Source: Octopus sinensis
Taxonomy: Eukaryota
Direction of reading: 5' to 3'
DNA: 64,000 nt
Assembly: GCF_006345805.1 (NCBI RefSeq)
Contig: NC_043004.1
Span: 103,478,001 to 103,542,000 of the forward strand
The position numbers and the translations under genes are program-made. A model generated the notes under the pieces. That model was not told the origin of the DNA, did no database searches, and was given only the letters and a program-made list of their open reading frames with translations. The stretch's first letter is position 1. The number at the start of each line of letters is the position of its first letter. Shown here one piece after another: positions 13,400 through 26,783 of this stretch.

Positions 13400-15400
13400 C
13401 ATTTACTAAGACAATTGGTGGCCTTGACTTATTTTCCTTGCCTTTGTCTCCCCTGACGCTTTTATAAGTACTTTTATATTTATGTCATATGCCATTTGTC
13501 TTCAATAGAAATTGTATCTCGCTCATAGAGGTCGTCCACTCTCATTGTTTGTCGACTGTTGATAGCTTTTAGCGAGTTCGAGTTTAGAAACACTCCTCTT
13601 GCTACAGTAACTCGCCAAGTTATAAAAGTTTGTAAAGCAATTACTATATTAGGTACAAAGTTTTCTAATTTATGGAGGAAAAATAAATTCGGTAACATAC
13701 TTTAGCGAACTCTCTGCTGTAAATTTCTTCACGCTGGCTTTCAATTCATCTTTTAATCCTAATGCATTTATGTCAGAATGCCTGTGGTATTGCAGAGCCA
13801 AAACCAATTTTTCACAATGTTCCAGCACTTTAACGCACGGTTTTGTGGCCAATTTAACAATAGCATAGAAGAAACCAAAGGCATGCCATATTTCTTCCAT
13901 TTGTTCACGCATTTCTTTGACTGATGTAATAACTGTTTCCAAAATTGCCAAATAAAATTCAGATTTAAATCTAAATTGAGGATCTTCTAATGGTTCAGAC
14001 GATATTTCTTTTTCTTCGATTTCGTTTCTGCTTTCGAATGCAGTGGATGTTCCTGTGCTGACTGCTATTTAACATTAATCCTTTATCATTTTTTAAATGC
14101 TTTCTTTGCTCTACCCTTTTGCAATAAAAATGCATGTTGTTAATTTCACTTGTGGGGAATATAAAGGCTATCTTTCTCTATTTGCTTACTTGTGAGATAC
14201 ATTTAATTCAAAAGACAAAGGCGATGATAATTTTAAAGTTGGAAATGGTTTTGGCAAGATACTTTACTTGACGTCGCGTTATGGTTCCCCCACAGAGAAA
14301 AACTGTTTCATTTTCAATTAATACATCATATACCTACCTTAGGTAATGAATACAAAAAGAAAACAACCCGTGAGGCATATGTTTTAACAAATGTTGCATT
14401 AGCTTAAAAAAGAGAGGAGAGTAACTTGATGTTTTGGATGCTTATCTTTCATCAGGAAAGAAAAGAATGAGAAAAAGTGGCAAAAATGAAAATAATGAGG
14501 AAGGGTTGTTGGAAAATGGGTTAGGGATCGTACTGCTTGCTGCTACTCAATCTCTTCGCCAAGTGGTTTAAGTGAAATAATATTCAAAATATTCTATGCG
14601 TATGTTCCAACAACGCGTCGAACTTGAAAAGAAAACACACAGCTTCTCTACTGAATTACAAAAAATAATGATGTACCCGTGCAACAACACACTGCATCAT
14701 TTTGCAACCGGATTTAATGCAAGGTTCGAAAAATATGCATGGAATTTGAAATTCGTATCTGAACACTGTCATGTTTACCTTTCATGTTGTTTCTATCATC
14801 GCAGAATTACCCTCACAGGTTATCTAAGGTTAAGAACGAACTTTCAAGCTCTGTTAGTAACCTTTTATGCTAAATAAGAGCTTGTTAATTAATTTATAGA
14901 AATAAGCCCCCCGCTCCACCACCACCATCAATGTTCTTTTATGTTAACAGCTGTAGAATGAGACGTTGATGTCTACAAAACTTATTACAATTGTCGTTTG
15001 CTCGATGTAGTTTACACCAGGGATTCAGTTAACGATTCAAGAAAGTTATTTGGGGTTTGTCACAAGTTTTCCTATCTTTAATTTGATTACACTCACTAAT
15101 AACTAAATAAGTTTATAAAGCATGTTTTTACCAAATACTTCAGGCTCTGTCCATTGTCTTCAATTTTGCGTACATGTTCATTCATTATAGAGAATCATAC
15201 AAGACTAATAATTCAATAAATTTAAGAAAATCTCCAATTTATTGAAGACACTAAGTACCATTGTAACTAAGGATTCTGCACCATTTAAACTCTTACTAAA
15301 TCGGTCAATCTTCTTAAAACTTTCTGCCAATATTTCTGTCTATTTTCAATTAGTACTTCATTCTCACAGACTATTATTTCACCTTCTTTCATTTTGAATT
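13400..15400 (-). pseudogene. Decayed hAT (ZMYM1-like) transposase
   Basis: Motifs in order on the minus strand: GDFLKFIELLVLYDS, PGVNYIEQTTIVISFVDI, SVEKLCVFFSSSTRCWNI, SLKPL, and dimerisation-domain-like FVPNIVIALQTFITWRVTVA..TM..ISIE; may extend to ~16200. Confidence 0.85.
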
Positions 15401-15440
15401 TCAGTTCCTTCCATTTGTTGCTGCTATTACTGTGATTACA

Positions 15441-15625
15441 AAGGCGGTGAGCTAGCAGAATCGTTAGTGCATCGGAAAAACTGCTTAGCGCAGTCCTTCC
15501 GGCTTTACTTTCTGAGTTCGAATTACGCTACGGTTGTCTGTGCATTTCATTCTTTCGAGTTCAATAAAATAGATACCAGTCAAGTACTGAGGTCCATGTA
15601 GTCAACTTGTTCTCTCCCTCCGTCC
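15441..15625 (+). mobile_element. SINE family C (diverged)
   Basis: Head aaggcggtgagctagcagaatcgttag and core present. Confidence 0.7.
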
Positions 15626-16859
15626 CTCCCCCTCTCTCTCTCTGTTTCATCAAATTTGCTAGTTTTGTGCCAAAATTAGAGAGGATTTTCGGTATGATTA
15701 CATGTCTTCTTGTTCGACGCCTGTAGTGTCGCCATGGTGTGCCAATCTTTACTGTTCTTGTCAAATAAAATGCCCAGACTCTGCTTAAAGAAGTTGTTAA
15801 TGAATAAATTACAACAAAGACAAAACATAAAATTCTATAGATATTAAATATTGTGACTATCCTCAACTAATAACTTCACCACTGGCAAGCTTTCTGTTAT
15901 GAAAAAAATAATGGTTGATACGTCTTTTTTAAAATTTTGTCTTTTCGAAAATCAATACTCAGCACTTTGGCTTGTGGTTGTTGATAATAGAACACCTGAG
16001 TAATTCATCTATTTTGTCCTCGGCCATGGAAATGAATCAGTGTAAATAATGCCCTCACTTTGTTGAAACGTTGACAAGTTGGTTTCATTTACTCCGCTAG
16101 TATTTCCCACAAAAGAGTATCTGACGCAACGTAAAAGTTATTAGCCGTAAGTTCATGATATGTAACCGCCATATTAAACTCTTTCTTATCTTCTTTATTT
16201 TCCTACCTTATCAGCATCTTTTGATAAAACACTCTTACATCGGATGAACCAAAAAAAAAAAAATTCTTAAATATAACAGCTATGTTTTGATAAAGACTGC
16301 TTATCTATATATATATATAAAAAACCCAGCTGCGTCTCACGCATCTACTTCCGGTACCATACCAGCTTGTTTTCTGATGATACATGGCCCTTTTAATTTG
16401 ATTAAAGGAAATAAGTTAAACTAATTTTTAGCCCCGTGAAAAGAGTAGCAAAATTTGGCTGTGAGAACGCAAATGAATTACTTTGGGGGTTTACGTTACC
16501 AAAGATGAGGGTTATTAAATAGTATAGGTATTCAATAAGACAGACCTTTAAAATAAGAAATTTCGTCCAACATGAAACAAATAGGAACGTCCTCAATCTA
16601 ACGATTTTATCTGTCATTATATTGTTATTATTATCTATTTACTCTGGAGTTCGTTTCTGAGATTGTGACGCCCTTGGCAACCGCCTCAGTTTATTAACTT
16701 TCTTAGTGACTAAGCATAAAATTAAAGGGTTCTGTATGTTAAAGTCGTAGGAGTAGAGACGCTATCATAAGATCCCATAACAACATAGTTTACGACAATA
16801 GTTTCAATTTTTGATACAAGGCGGAGGCGATAGGTAAGTCGATTACATCGACATCAGTG

Positions 16860-17243
16860 GAGGCGCAATGGCCCAGTGGTTAGGGCAGCGGACTCGCGGT
16901 CATAGGATCGCGCGGTTTCGATTCCCAGACCGGGCGTTGTGAGTGTTTATTGAGCGAAAAAACACCTAAGCTCCACGAGGCTCCGGCAGGGGATGGTGGT
17001 GATCCCTGCTGTACTCTTTCACCACAATTTTCTCTCACTCTTACTTCCTGTTTCTGTTGTACCTGTATTTCAAGGGGCCGGCCTTGTCACTCTCTGTGCC
17101 ACGTTGAATATCCCCGAGAACTACGTTAAGGGTACACGTGTCTGTGGAGTGCTCAGCCACTTACACGTTAATTTCACGAGCAGGCTGTTCCGTTGATTCG
17201 GATCAACCGGAACCCTCATCGTCGTAACCGACGGAGTGCTTCC
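16860..17243 (+). mobile_element. SINE family A with 15-bp TSD, nested in a minus-strand SINE C (~16790-17392)
   Basis: TSD acatcgacatcagtg at 16845-16859 and 17244-17258. Confidence 0.9.
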
Positions 17244-18508
17244 ACATCGACATCAGTGTTTAACTGGTACATATTTTATTTGTCCCGAAAGAATGAAAGG
17301 TAAAGTCAATCTCGGTGGGTAAAGAGCCGGACGAAATGCCGTTAAACATTTTGTCCGATATGCTGATGATTCTATTAGCTCGCTGCCTTAACATAGTTTA
17401 TGATAATGCAGCTTGAAAGTTTCTGTCATTCATTAATCGTATTTTCTGATCCAACAATGAGAAGAAGATTTTAGATAAGGTAGTCCTGGCATTAGTATCT
17501 GGAAATAAGATGGGATGATCAAAAATGGGAATTTTCTTCTCATAAATGTGCCTGATCTGGAGGAAGACAATAATGTTTTGTATTGGCATAAAACTACTTA
17601 GTACAGGGTATTTAGGAATTAGTGGGTAATACTTTCTACTACAGGCACAAGGCCTGAATACATAACATTATCGGAATTTGAGGGAGGAATAAATCGATTA
17701 CATCGAGTTCAATGCTTAACTGGTACTTATTTTATCGACCCCAAAACGATGATAGCAAAGTCAACCTTAGTGGAATACGAACTCAGAAAATAAAGCTAGA
17801 AAAAATGCCGCCAAGCATTTTGTCTGGTATGCAAACAATTCTGCCCTCTCGCCGCCTTGATAGAATGGATTTTATTATCGATTTCATTACTTCACTGCTA
17901 CATTATTTCATCGATCCTGGGAAGGATGTAAAGTAAAGTCAACCTTTTTGTCATCCGAATTTTTGTAAGTAAAGGAACTCAGCTCAGTAGCGCAATCACT
18001 GCTATCCAAATATAAAGCTTCTACATGTTCGCCCATCACACTTTACTGCGTAAGTAAAGAAGTGGTATATAGATGCATTATAGATAAAAGATAGAATAGT
18101 CACGGCCGGAAAGCCTATGATCATAGATATGTTGCGTAAGTGTTGAGCTAAGGCTTAACAAATAACACAGTTAATGAGAGAAGATTAAACCATAAACATG
18201 GCTTAGATGAAAATAAAAAGTTTTTAAACTTTTGAAATATATATAAAAATAAATAATTAAAATAAATAAATAAACTACAACAAAATAAGATTATAATTTT
18301 TAAGAAGACAGGTAGAACATGGATTTTCAGAAACTTATGTTTTTAAAGCATCGGTTGCCAAGCGATGTTGGGGGGGACAAACACCGACAGACAAACATAC
18401 ACACACTTTATATATATATAACTAATGTAGGATAAAATTTTTTCCGAAAAAATTTTTTATCAATGGCCAGCATATCAAAAAATACCTTTAAAGGTTAAAT
18501 TTATAAAT

Positions 18509-18967
18509 AACTTATAAAATAAGGGCAAAAGAAAAATTCTAATGCCAAATATGCCGAAAAAAAGACAAAATTGTCAATAACCATTATAATTTATGCGTCT
18601 CGAAACGCGCCGATAGAAATTTCTAAAAAATCCGTTATTACCGTATTGGACCAATTTCGGGGTTAATTCATAAGAATTTTCCCCTCTTCAGCGATAAATA
18701 CGTAAGACATAAATGGAATACTTACTCATACCCATGGAAAAAGCAAGCACTAAGTCCCGAGCAGACCTAAGTACCCCAAATATATCCAAAATAGAAAATC
18801 TTCGGCACATCTTAACCCCGAAATTGGGACCAATACGGTAATAACGGATTTTTAAAAAATTTATATCGGCGCGTTTCGAGACGCATAAATTATAATGATT
18901 ATTGACAATTTTGTCTTTTTTTCGGCATATTTGACATTAGAATTTTTCTTTTGCCCTTATTTTATAA

Positions 18968-18970
<3 letters not shown>
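18509..18970. repeat. Near-perfect ~158-bp inverted repeat (arms 18509-18666 and 18812-18970)
   Basis: Arms are reverse complements over their length with few mismatches. Confidence 0.9.
18644..18696 (-). ncRNA. Minimal type I hammerhead ribozyme fold
   Basis: Minus strand: UAUCG-CUGAAGA-GGGG(aaaauucuuaugaauuaa)CCCC-GAAA-UUGG-UC|CAAUA. Full core, G-C stem II, one stem I mismatch. Confidence 0.7.
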
Positions 18971-19038
<68 letters not shown>

Positions 19039-19217
19039 CGACGGACTTCTTTCAGATTCCGCTTACCAAATCCACTCACAAGGCTTTGATCGGCCCGTGG
19101 CTATAATAGAAGACACTTGCCCAAGGTGCCAAGCAGTAGGACTGAACCCGGAACCATGTGGTTGGTAAGCAAGCTACTTACCACACAACCACTCCTGCGC
19201 ATGTAACATCTTTATGA

Positions 19218-19290
19218 AGCCCCCAGTGAGAATCGACCTCACGACCCCTGGTTTACAAGACCAGTGCTCTAACCCCTGAGCTATGGATCT
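19218..19290 (-). tRNA. tRNA-Thr-TGT: tRNA-Thr(UGU), probably a pseudogene
   Basis: Minus strand AGATCCATAGCTCAGGGGTTAGAGCACTGGTCTTGTAAACCAGGGGTCGTGAGGTCGATTCTCACTGGGGGCT. D arm, anticodon arm (TGT) and T stem intact; first three acceptor pairs broken; T54->G; no oligo-T terminator. Confidence 0.85.
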
Positions 19291-19999
19291 ATGGCGATGA
19301 ACATTTTTAAAAATAATATTTACATCAACACTACATTTCGATCAGTTTGATCTCCGGTTATGATTGAACATCACATTTAAGAAATAATGGTTCATAGTTC
19401 GAGTCCAGTCTGGTACCATATACACATCCAGAGCGTCAAACCCAAAGATGCTTGGAAACCAAACTATTCAAAACTTAATATAGATGCGGATATCGATTTC
19501 TATTATTGATAAAACATCAGAGTTTGGGGAGTGGGGGAGTTGATCTTTATGCTTGTCACTACTCGATTTATATATATATATTATCGATCTTGTTTTTGCT
19601 GCTGTTATTGTTTAGCCACAGGTCAACAACGATCGAGCAAATCCAATGGTCAAAAATATACCAGCCGCAACAATCCCGTCTTCTCCCTATGTGGAAAGAG
19701 TCCAGGGCCATACTATACTACGTGTGATTTGAGGGAGATTTAACTACTGTTTCGTAGTAGGTTGTACAACCATGTAGAGGCACACTCGTTGATTCATATC
19801 AAATTCGCCAAGTTGAAAGACGAAGTCGATTACAACAGAATTTGAAATCAGAACGAAATTAGGTGTAACTTGATTCAAGACAGTTTGTTTGCCGCTGAAC
19901 CGATTCTATGAATATTTTGCAGCCCTTCACCCATCAACCAAGCCATAACTCTTGGAGGCATATATGTAAATAATGATTTCTTATAAAGGCGCACGGTTT

Positions 20000-20270
20000 C
20001 AAATTTAGACCGTTACTTTATTTTATCGACCTCGGACGGATGAAAGGCAAAGTTGACTTTGAATTCACAACGTAAAGAGACGGAACTAATACCTATTTCT
20101 TTATTACCCACTGGGGGCTAAACACAGAGGGGACAAACAAGGACAGACATAGACATTAAGTCGATTACATCGACCCCAGTGCGTAACTGGTACTTAATTT
20201 ATAGACCCCAAAAGGATGAAAGGCAAAGTCGACCTCGGCGGAAGTTGAACTCGGAACATAAAGACGGTGA
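20000..20270 (-). mobile_element. Partial SINE C dimer
   Basis: Two core segments joined at the junction aatac|ctatttcttt (20092/20093). Confidence 0.7.
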
Positions 20271-20390
20271 CATTTGTTTGACACTCGAAATCATAGATAA
20301 ATAGAAAATGAAAGAAAAGGGAAATAAAGGAGGCTTCTAACAATGCGGAAAGTTTTACGAAAAAAAACCCCATTATATTACAGGTGCAAA

Positions 20391-20765
20391 CACTAGCGTA
20401 GCTAGGGGTTGGGGTAGGTGCGGTCCACCCTGGGCCGCACTTTTGGGTCTGCTGTAGGCAATATATATATATATTAGGCGGCGAGCTGGCAGAAACGTTA
20501 GCACGCCGGGCGAAATGCTTAGCAGTATTTCGTCTGCCGCTACGTTCTGAGTTCAAATTCCGCCGAGGTCGACTTTACCTTTCATCCTTTCAGGGTCGAT
20601 AAATAAAGTACCAGTTACGAACTTAATCCGTTTGTCTGTCCTTGTTTGTCCCCTCTATGTTTATCCCCTTGTGGGCAATAAAGAAATATATATGTTCTTT
20701 GTGGGATCTGGGGGCGGCAAACGGAAGGGCCGCCCCGGGCGGCACACAGCCTAGCTACGCTAGTG
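20391..20765. mobile_element. hAT MITE with 16-bp TIRs and 8-bp TSD, containing a SINE C (~20476-20690, +)
   Basis: TIRs cactagcgtagctagg / cctagctacgctagtg; TSD ggtgcaaa at 20383-20390 and 20766-20773. Confidence 0.92.
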
Positions 20766-21737
20766 GGTGCAAAGGCCTATCGTCAAAAGTGAGCAATCCA
20801 AGAAATGAGAAGAAAGGCCGAAATATAAAGGTGTTTTTTTTTTTTGTAAAACTTTCTGCATTGTTAGAATCTCTCTTTATTTTCCTTTTCTTTCATATCC
20901 TACTTCTGTACTACAATGCTTCAAGCGAACTATAACACTCTTAACGAAAAAATATTTTCAGCCCTAAAGATGAGGCTAATAGTTTACTAAATTATAATCT
21001 TATTTACAATAGGTAATCTCAAATATCAATATATATTTAATGAATGGCAGAAATTATGAATTGTCAAGTTTATTGGAATTAAAAGAACTGTTGATCTAGT
21101 TTATCTTTTCTGTTATCCGAGGTTCAAGGCTTCGAACTGGCAGAGCTATTAGAACGTGGGATAACATTCTTTGCAAGATTTGTTCTGAAACTCGGTACTC
21201 TGCGATCAAATGGAACCGAGGTCAATTTTACCTTTTATTGTTTTGGAGATCAATAAAAGAAAGTGCCAATCCACGGCTGTGGGTTGTCAGAGCTCTTTGA
21301 GAGTCACGTGAGATGACTCGTGATATGTCTTCCAGCTATCTGTGTTTCGACAACAACGCATGCGCAACATTAATGCCAATTGTATCGGTCTAAATCGGCG
21401 GCTTTAGACTTGGATAAAATTTTGGTGAGACTTCCATGTGAGGACAATTTCTAACTTTACTAAATGAATGTTGTCCCCACTTGCTCAGTGTTTTTGCAGA
21501 TTCATGGTTAACAGTTCATACATTTTATAAAACAATTGGTGAACAATAGCGTCGTTGGATACAGGTTTCTTACAAGCCAGTCCTTAGTTCACTGCATTTC
21601 TGATGGTGCATCACTAGGGAGTGTCTGAAGCTTGTTGTACAACAAATATCACAAAGGATTTATTGACAATTATTTAAAGACCAATTTCCCATTTTCATGC
21701 CGAAAGCCGATATACATCGGTGAAATAAGTCCCCGAA

Positions 21738-22310
21738 TGCATACATACATACATACATACATACATACATACACACATACACACATACACACAAACACAT
21801 ACACACATACACACACACACACACATACATACATACATACATAAATACATACATACATACATACATACACACACATACATACACATACACACATACACAC
21901 ATACACACACATACATACATACATACATACACACACACATACAAACACACACATACATACATACATGCATACATACATACATACATACATACATACATGC
22001 ATACATACATACATACATACATACATACATACATACATACACACACACACATACACACATACACACACACACATACATACATACACATACACACATACAT
22101 ACATACACATACACACATACACACATACACATACATACATACATACATACATACATACATACATACATACATACATACATACATACACACATACATACAT
22201 ACACATACACACATACACACATACACAACATACATACATACGTACATACATACATACATACATACATACATACATACATACATACATAAATACATTCATA
22301 AATACATACA
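21738..22310. repeat. (CATA)n/(CA)n compound microsatellite, ~570 bp
   Basis: Seen directly; explains ORFs 21660-22362. Confidence 0.95.
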
Positions 22311-22674
22311 AAAATACCCTGTTGTTGTTGTTGAAATTCCAATGAAGGAACCTTGGATCTAAGTTAGAAACCGGTTCTTTATTGCCCAGAAATCTCGAAA
22401 TAAACCCCGGTGCTCAACTGTTGCGCGTATTTTACTTATTGTACGTATCGCATTTCAGGTGTTTCATTGTATTGTCCTCGTAAACTTTGAATAAGTCGTG
22501 GGTGAAAAGACAGGTTTTTTGGGGGTGAATCATGGCATATGAATGAAGGTATGATAGTTATGTTGATGTCCTGAGATATAGCTAACCAGTATGTATATAA
22601 AATAGCTGTGGGGTGTCTGTTTTGAATGGAGAGACTGAGTGAGGACAATAACGTCGAATGTCGGCTATGGTAGG

Positions 22675-22756
<82 letters not shown>

Positions 22757-22937
22757 TCGAACACTCCCATCACAACCTGGGACCTTGAAGGCGGCTTTAA
22801 TGCAAGAAAGTATACTAGTCCCTTAATATTTGATATTCAATATTTCATCTATTCAATAAGACAATCAATACTTCATTTCATTATACTATATATTCTATAT
22901 TCTACATTAATATTATATAGAATATAACCGACGGAGT

Positions 22938-23365
<428 letters not shown>

Positions 23366-23367
23366 CT

Positions 23368-23429
<62 letters not shown>

Positions 23430-23569
23430 CTTACATAAAATATGTAAGAAGCAATGAATACTTCAATCTGATGGTTAGGTGGGAAACGAATGGGTTAGTT
23501 GTGGGTGGGATCTTTTCAGTGATTTCTGAAATTGCTGGCCTTGCTCCAAAAATTTGAAACGAATATTAC

Positions 23570-24012
<443 letters not shown>

Positions 24013-24449
24013 CCATCCTTTAAAAAACAATCTTTCTAATCCTACAGTTTGAGTCGTAATTTATTAAAAAAAACGTATATAATTAAAAGTTAATCACCAG
24101 TATACATTCGTCTTTAAAAGTAAGTGACAGCATAAGGCGGCGAGTTTGTAGAATCGTTACTACTCCGGACAAAATACTTAGCGGCATTTCTTCCGACATT
24201 TTGTCTTGATTTCAAATGCGGTCAGGGTTGGCTTTGCCGTTTATCCTTTCGGAATCGATAAAATAAGTACCAGTTTAGTACGGTGTCGTTAAAATTAGTA
24301 CCAGCTGAGCAGTGGGTAGATGTAATCAATTTTCCCCCTACCGCGAAATTGTTATACAGGTTTTGGCACAAGGCCAAAACCTGATACCAAATTGACAACA
24401 TTGTATATGCAGCTGGTAAATTAATGGACAAAGGCTGTTACAACAACAG

Positions 24450-25700
24450 GAGAAAGACAGAAAAAGACAGGGAGGAAGTTTACAGCATGATAATAGGACG
24501 AAAATCAAAGTGTTTTCAATGAAAGTAAACAAAAAGAAAAAAAAACGAAGAACTACAGCAATAAAAAAACCCAGCTGTTTCGTACGCCACATATCTTTGT
24601 AATCCAATTAATTTCATACGACATTAAAATCCTCGATGAAACTGGATATTAATTTCCTTAGCGTTGATATCCAATGAAGTATGAAGGCATCTTTGTCAGA
24701 AGCTTAATTCGCAACAGAACTTGTTCAAAGATAACGAAAACACAAATGCTTGCAGACAAACGTTTTAGAAGCGACCGAGTCTCACTTTGCTGCTCCAATG
24801 AAATGAAATCCTCACCGAAATGAGATAGAGCGACCGAAATATATGGAAGAATACAATGCAAAGCATAACATGACAGATCCAACACTTGTTGTTCAAGCTT
24901 TTCAGCTCCATTGGCTGTCCACCTTTGCTTTCCTGAAGCTACTTAAAGTACTTAGACAAAGTGGATCAAACTACGGGCAGGTAGAGTTGCTGCAATATAG
25001 TGAAATATTTTCCCATGGCCTTTGCGTTTTCCTCACAGTCCGTTACTTCTAGGCTGAGTCAGTTATCGCGGTAGTGAACATAAACTGTGGAGGCGCAATG
25101 GCCCAGTGGTTAGGGCAGCGGACTCGCGGTTTCGATTCCCAGACCGGGCGTTGTGAGTGTTTATTGAGCGAAAATACCTAAAAGCTCTACGACGCTCCGG
25201 CAGGGGGTGGTGGTGATCCCTGCGGTACTCTTTCACCACAACTTTCTCTCACTCTTACTTCCTGTTTCTGTTGTACCTGTATTTCAAGGGGCCGGCCTTG
25301 TCACTCTCTGTGTCACGCTGAATATCCCCGAGAACTACGTTAAGGGTGCACGTGTCTGTGGAGTGCTCAGCCACTTACACGTTAATTTCACGAGCAGGCT
25401 GTTCCGTTGATTCGGATCAGCTGGAACCCTCATCGTCGTAACCGACGGAGTGCTTCCAAACATAAACTGCAAATGGAAAAGCGGGAACAGCTCTATGTAT
25501 TCTCACTTGAAAATCAGCGATCCCTTCTGCTCATGATCCAGACAACGTCAATGGCGCTATATGGCACATAGCGTGGCGCCAATACCAATATAATTCAGCA
25601 CTGACAACATAACATACATTGCAGAAACAACACAGAGTCAAGTTCAAAGGCTGATCAATCTTCAATAAATTCGCCACAGGTAGCATTAATTAATAAAGTA
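24450..25700 (-). pseudogene. Second decayed hAT transposase, split by a SINE A
   Basis: After removing the SINE: AVYVHYRDN*LSLEVTDC..YFTILQQLY (cf. YVHCxAHxLNL..FFxxLQxLY), then MELKSLNNKCW and ETRSLLKRL..FEQVLLRIKLLTKM..SLDI. Confidence 0.7.
25088..25458 (+). mobile_element. SINE family A with 11-bp TSD
   Basis: TSD aacataaactg at 25077-25087 and 25459-25469. Confidence 0.9.
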
Positions 25701-26346
25701 ATGCAGAACAAGTGGGAGCTGTTCAGTATCTGGAATGTCCCTTGTTTCATCCCAAATTAATTAAAAGGGCTTAACTTACGTCTTTCTTTAATTACTGATA
25801 CCATGACAGTTCTAAATATTGTGATATTTTACCTTTTGTCTTTTAGTTTTTACTTGTCTTAGTCACTGGACTATGGTCATGCTGGGGCACCGCCATGAAG
25901 CATTTAGTCGAATAAAATCGCATCCCCCATCGCACTTATTTTTTCTTAAAGTTTAGTGCTTATTCAATCAGCTTCTTTTGCCGTATTGATAAGCTACAGG
26001 GATGGAAACAAAAAAAAACGGTTGTCATGTGATAACGCGGGAACAAACGAGAACAACATGACATACATACATACATTACACACATACACACATACACACA
26101 CACACGACAGGCTTCCATACAGTTTTCGTCTGTTAAATTCATTTATAACTTATTAGTCGGGCCGGTGCGGGCTCTGGTAGAAGACACTTGCCCAAGGATC
26201 GCATGATGTGACTAAACCCGAAGCCACTCAGTTGCAAAGCGAGCTTCTTAATCACATAGCTATGTAAATATCTTTCTTTTAGAGAGGACCTCCACTAGTT
26301 ACTCTTCCCTAGCGATATGGTTGCGTACCGATAGCAGGACTATTAT

Positions 26347-26783
26347 GGGATCTTTTCGGTTTGAACGGCAGTTTTTTCCAGCAGTGTCATATGAAATTGT
26401 CACCCATAATTATGAGCCTAGTATCGATCTATTGCATTTCAATCTGTTTTAGGGTTAGGGTTAGTTAGAGTTAGGGGTGGGGTCAGTGTATCTTTTTTTC
26501 TTCACAAATGTAAATAAACCCAATCTGTTTCTTAAACGAGGGACATATTCACATATTCATACAGCACAGAATGTTTTCACCCCAATAGACGTCACTGATT
26601 GGTTGAAATTGCAGAAATTGAAGAAAAACAACAACAAATATCTTAGAAACTATAGAATTTTCTCAATAAAACCAAGAGAAAAAGATGTTTTATAAACACA
26701 TTCTACCAGTATACGAAGTTTAAAAGTGTCTAGTTACGTGGAAATAATTAAAAAAAAACTGCCGTTCAAACCGAAAAGATCCC
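26347..26783. mobile_element. MITE with ~30-bp TIRs and 3-bp TSD (PIF/Harbinger-like)
   Basis: gggatcttttcggtttgaacggcagttttt / aaaaactgccgttcaaaccgaaaagatccc, flanked by tat on both sides; superfamily is inferred. Confidence 0.85.

Larger units (their letters stand above)
18345..19200 (-). mobile_element. SINE family B split by a Penelope-like inverted-repeat insertion in its TA tract
   Basis: Family B sequence on both sides of ~18420-18975. Confidence 0.75.

Noticed and set aside
19360-19420. B-box-like agttcgagtcc ending in acca as a second tRNA
   Set aside because: No cloverleaf could be folded upstream.
21330-21660. Possible Tc1 transposase relic on the minus strand
   Set aside because: Only a vague TIRNAVN*GL..KKP resemblance; no DDE motifs recovered.
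21660-22362. ORFs over 200 aa (MYVC/HTYI repeats)
   Set aside because: Translations of (CATA)n.
22330-22385. gaaaccggtt palindrome in a short element resembling a hammerhead 3' half
   Set aside because: The upstream core reads CCAAUGA and stem I does not pair.
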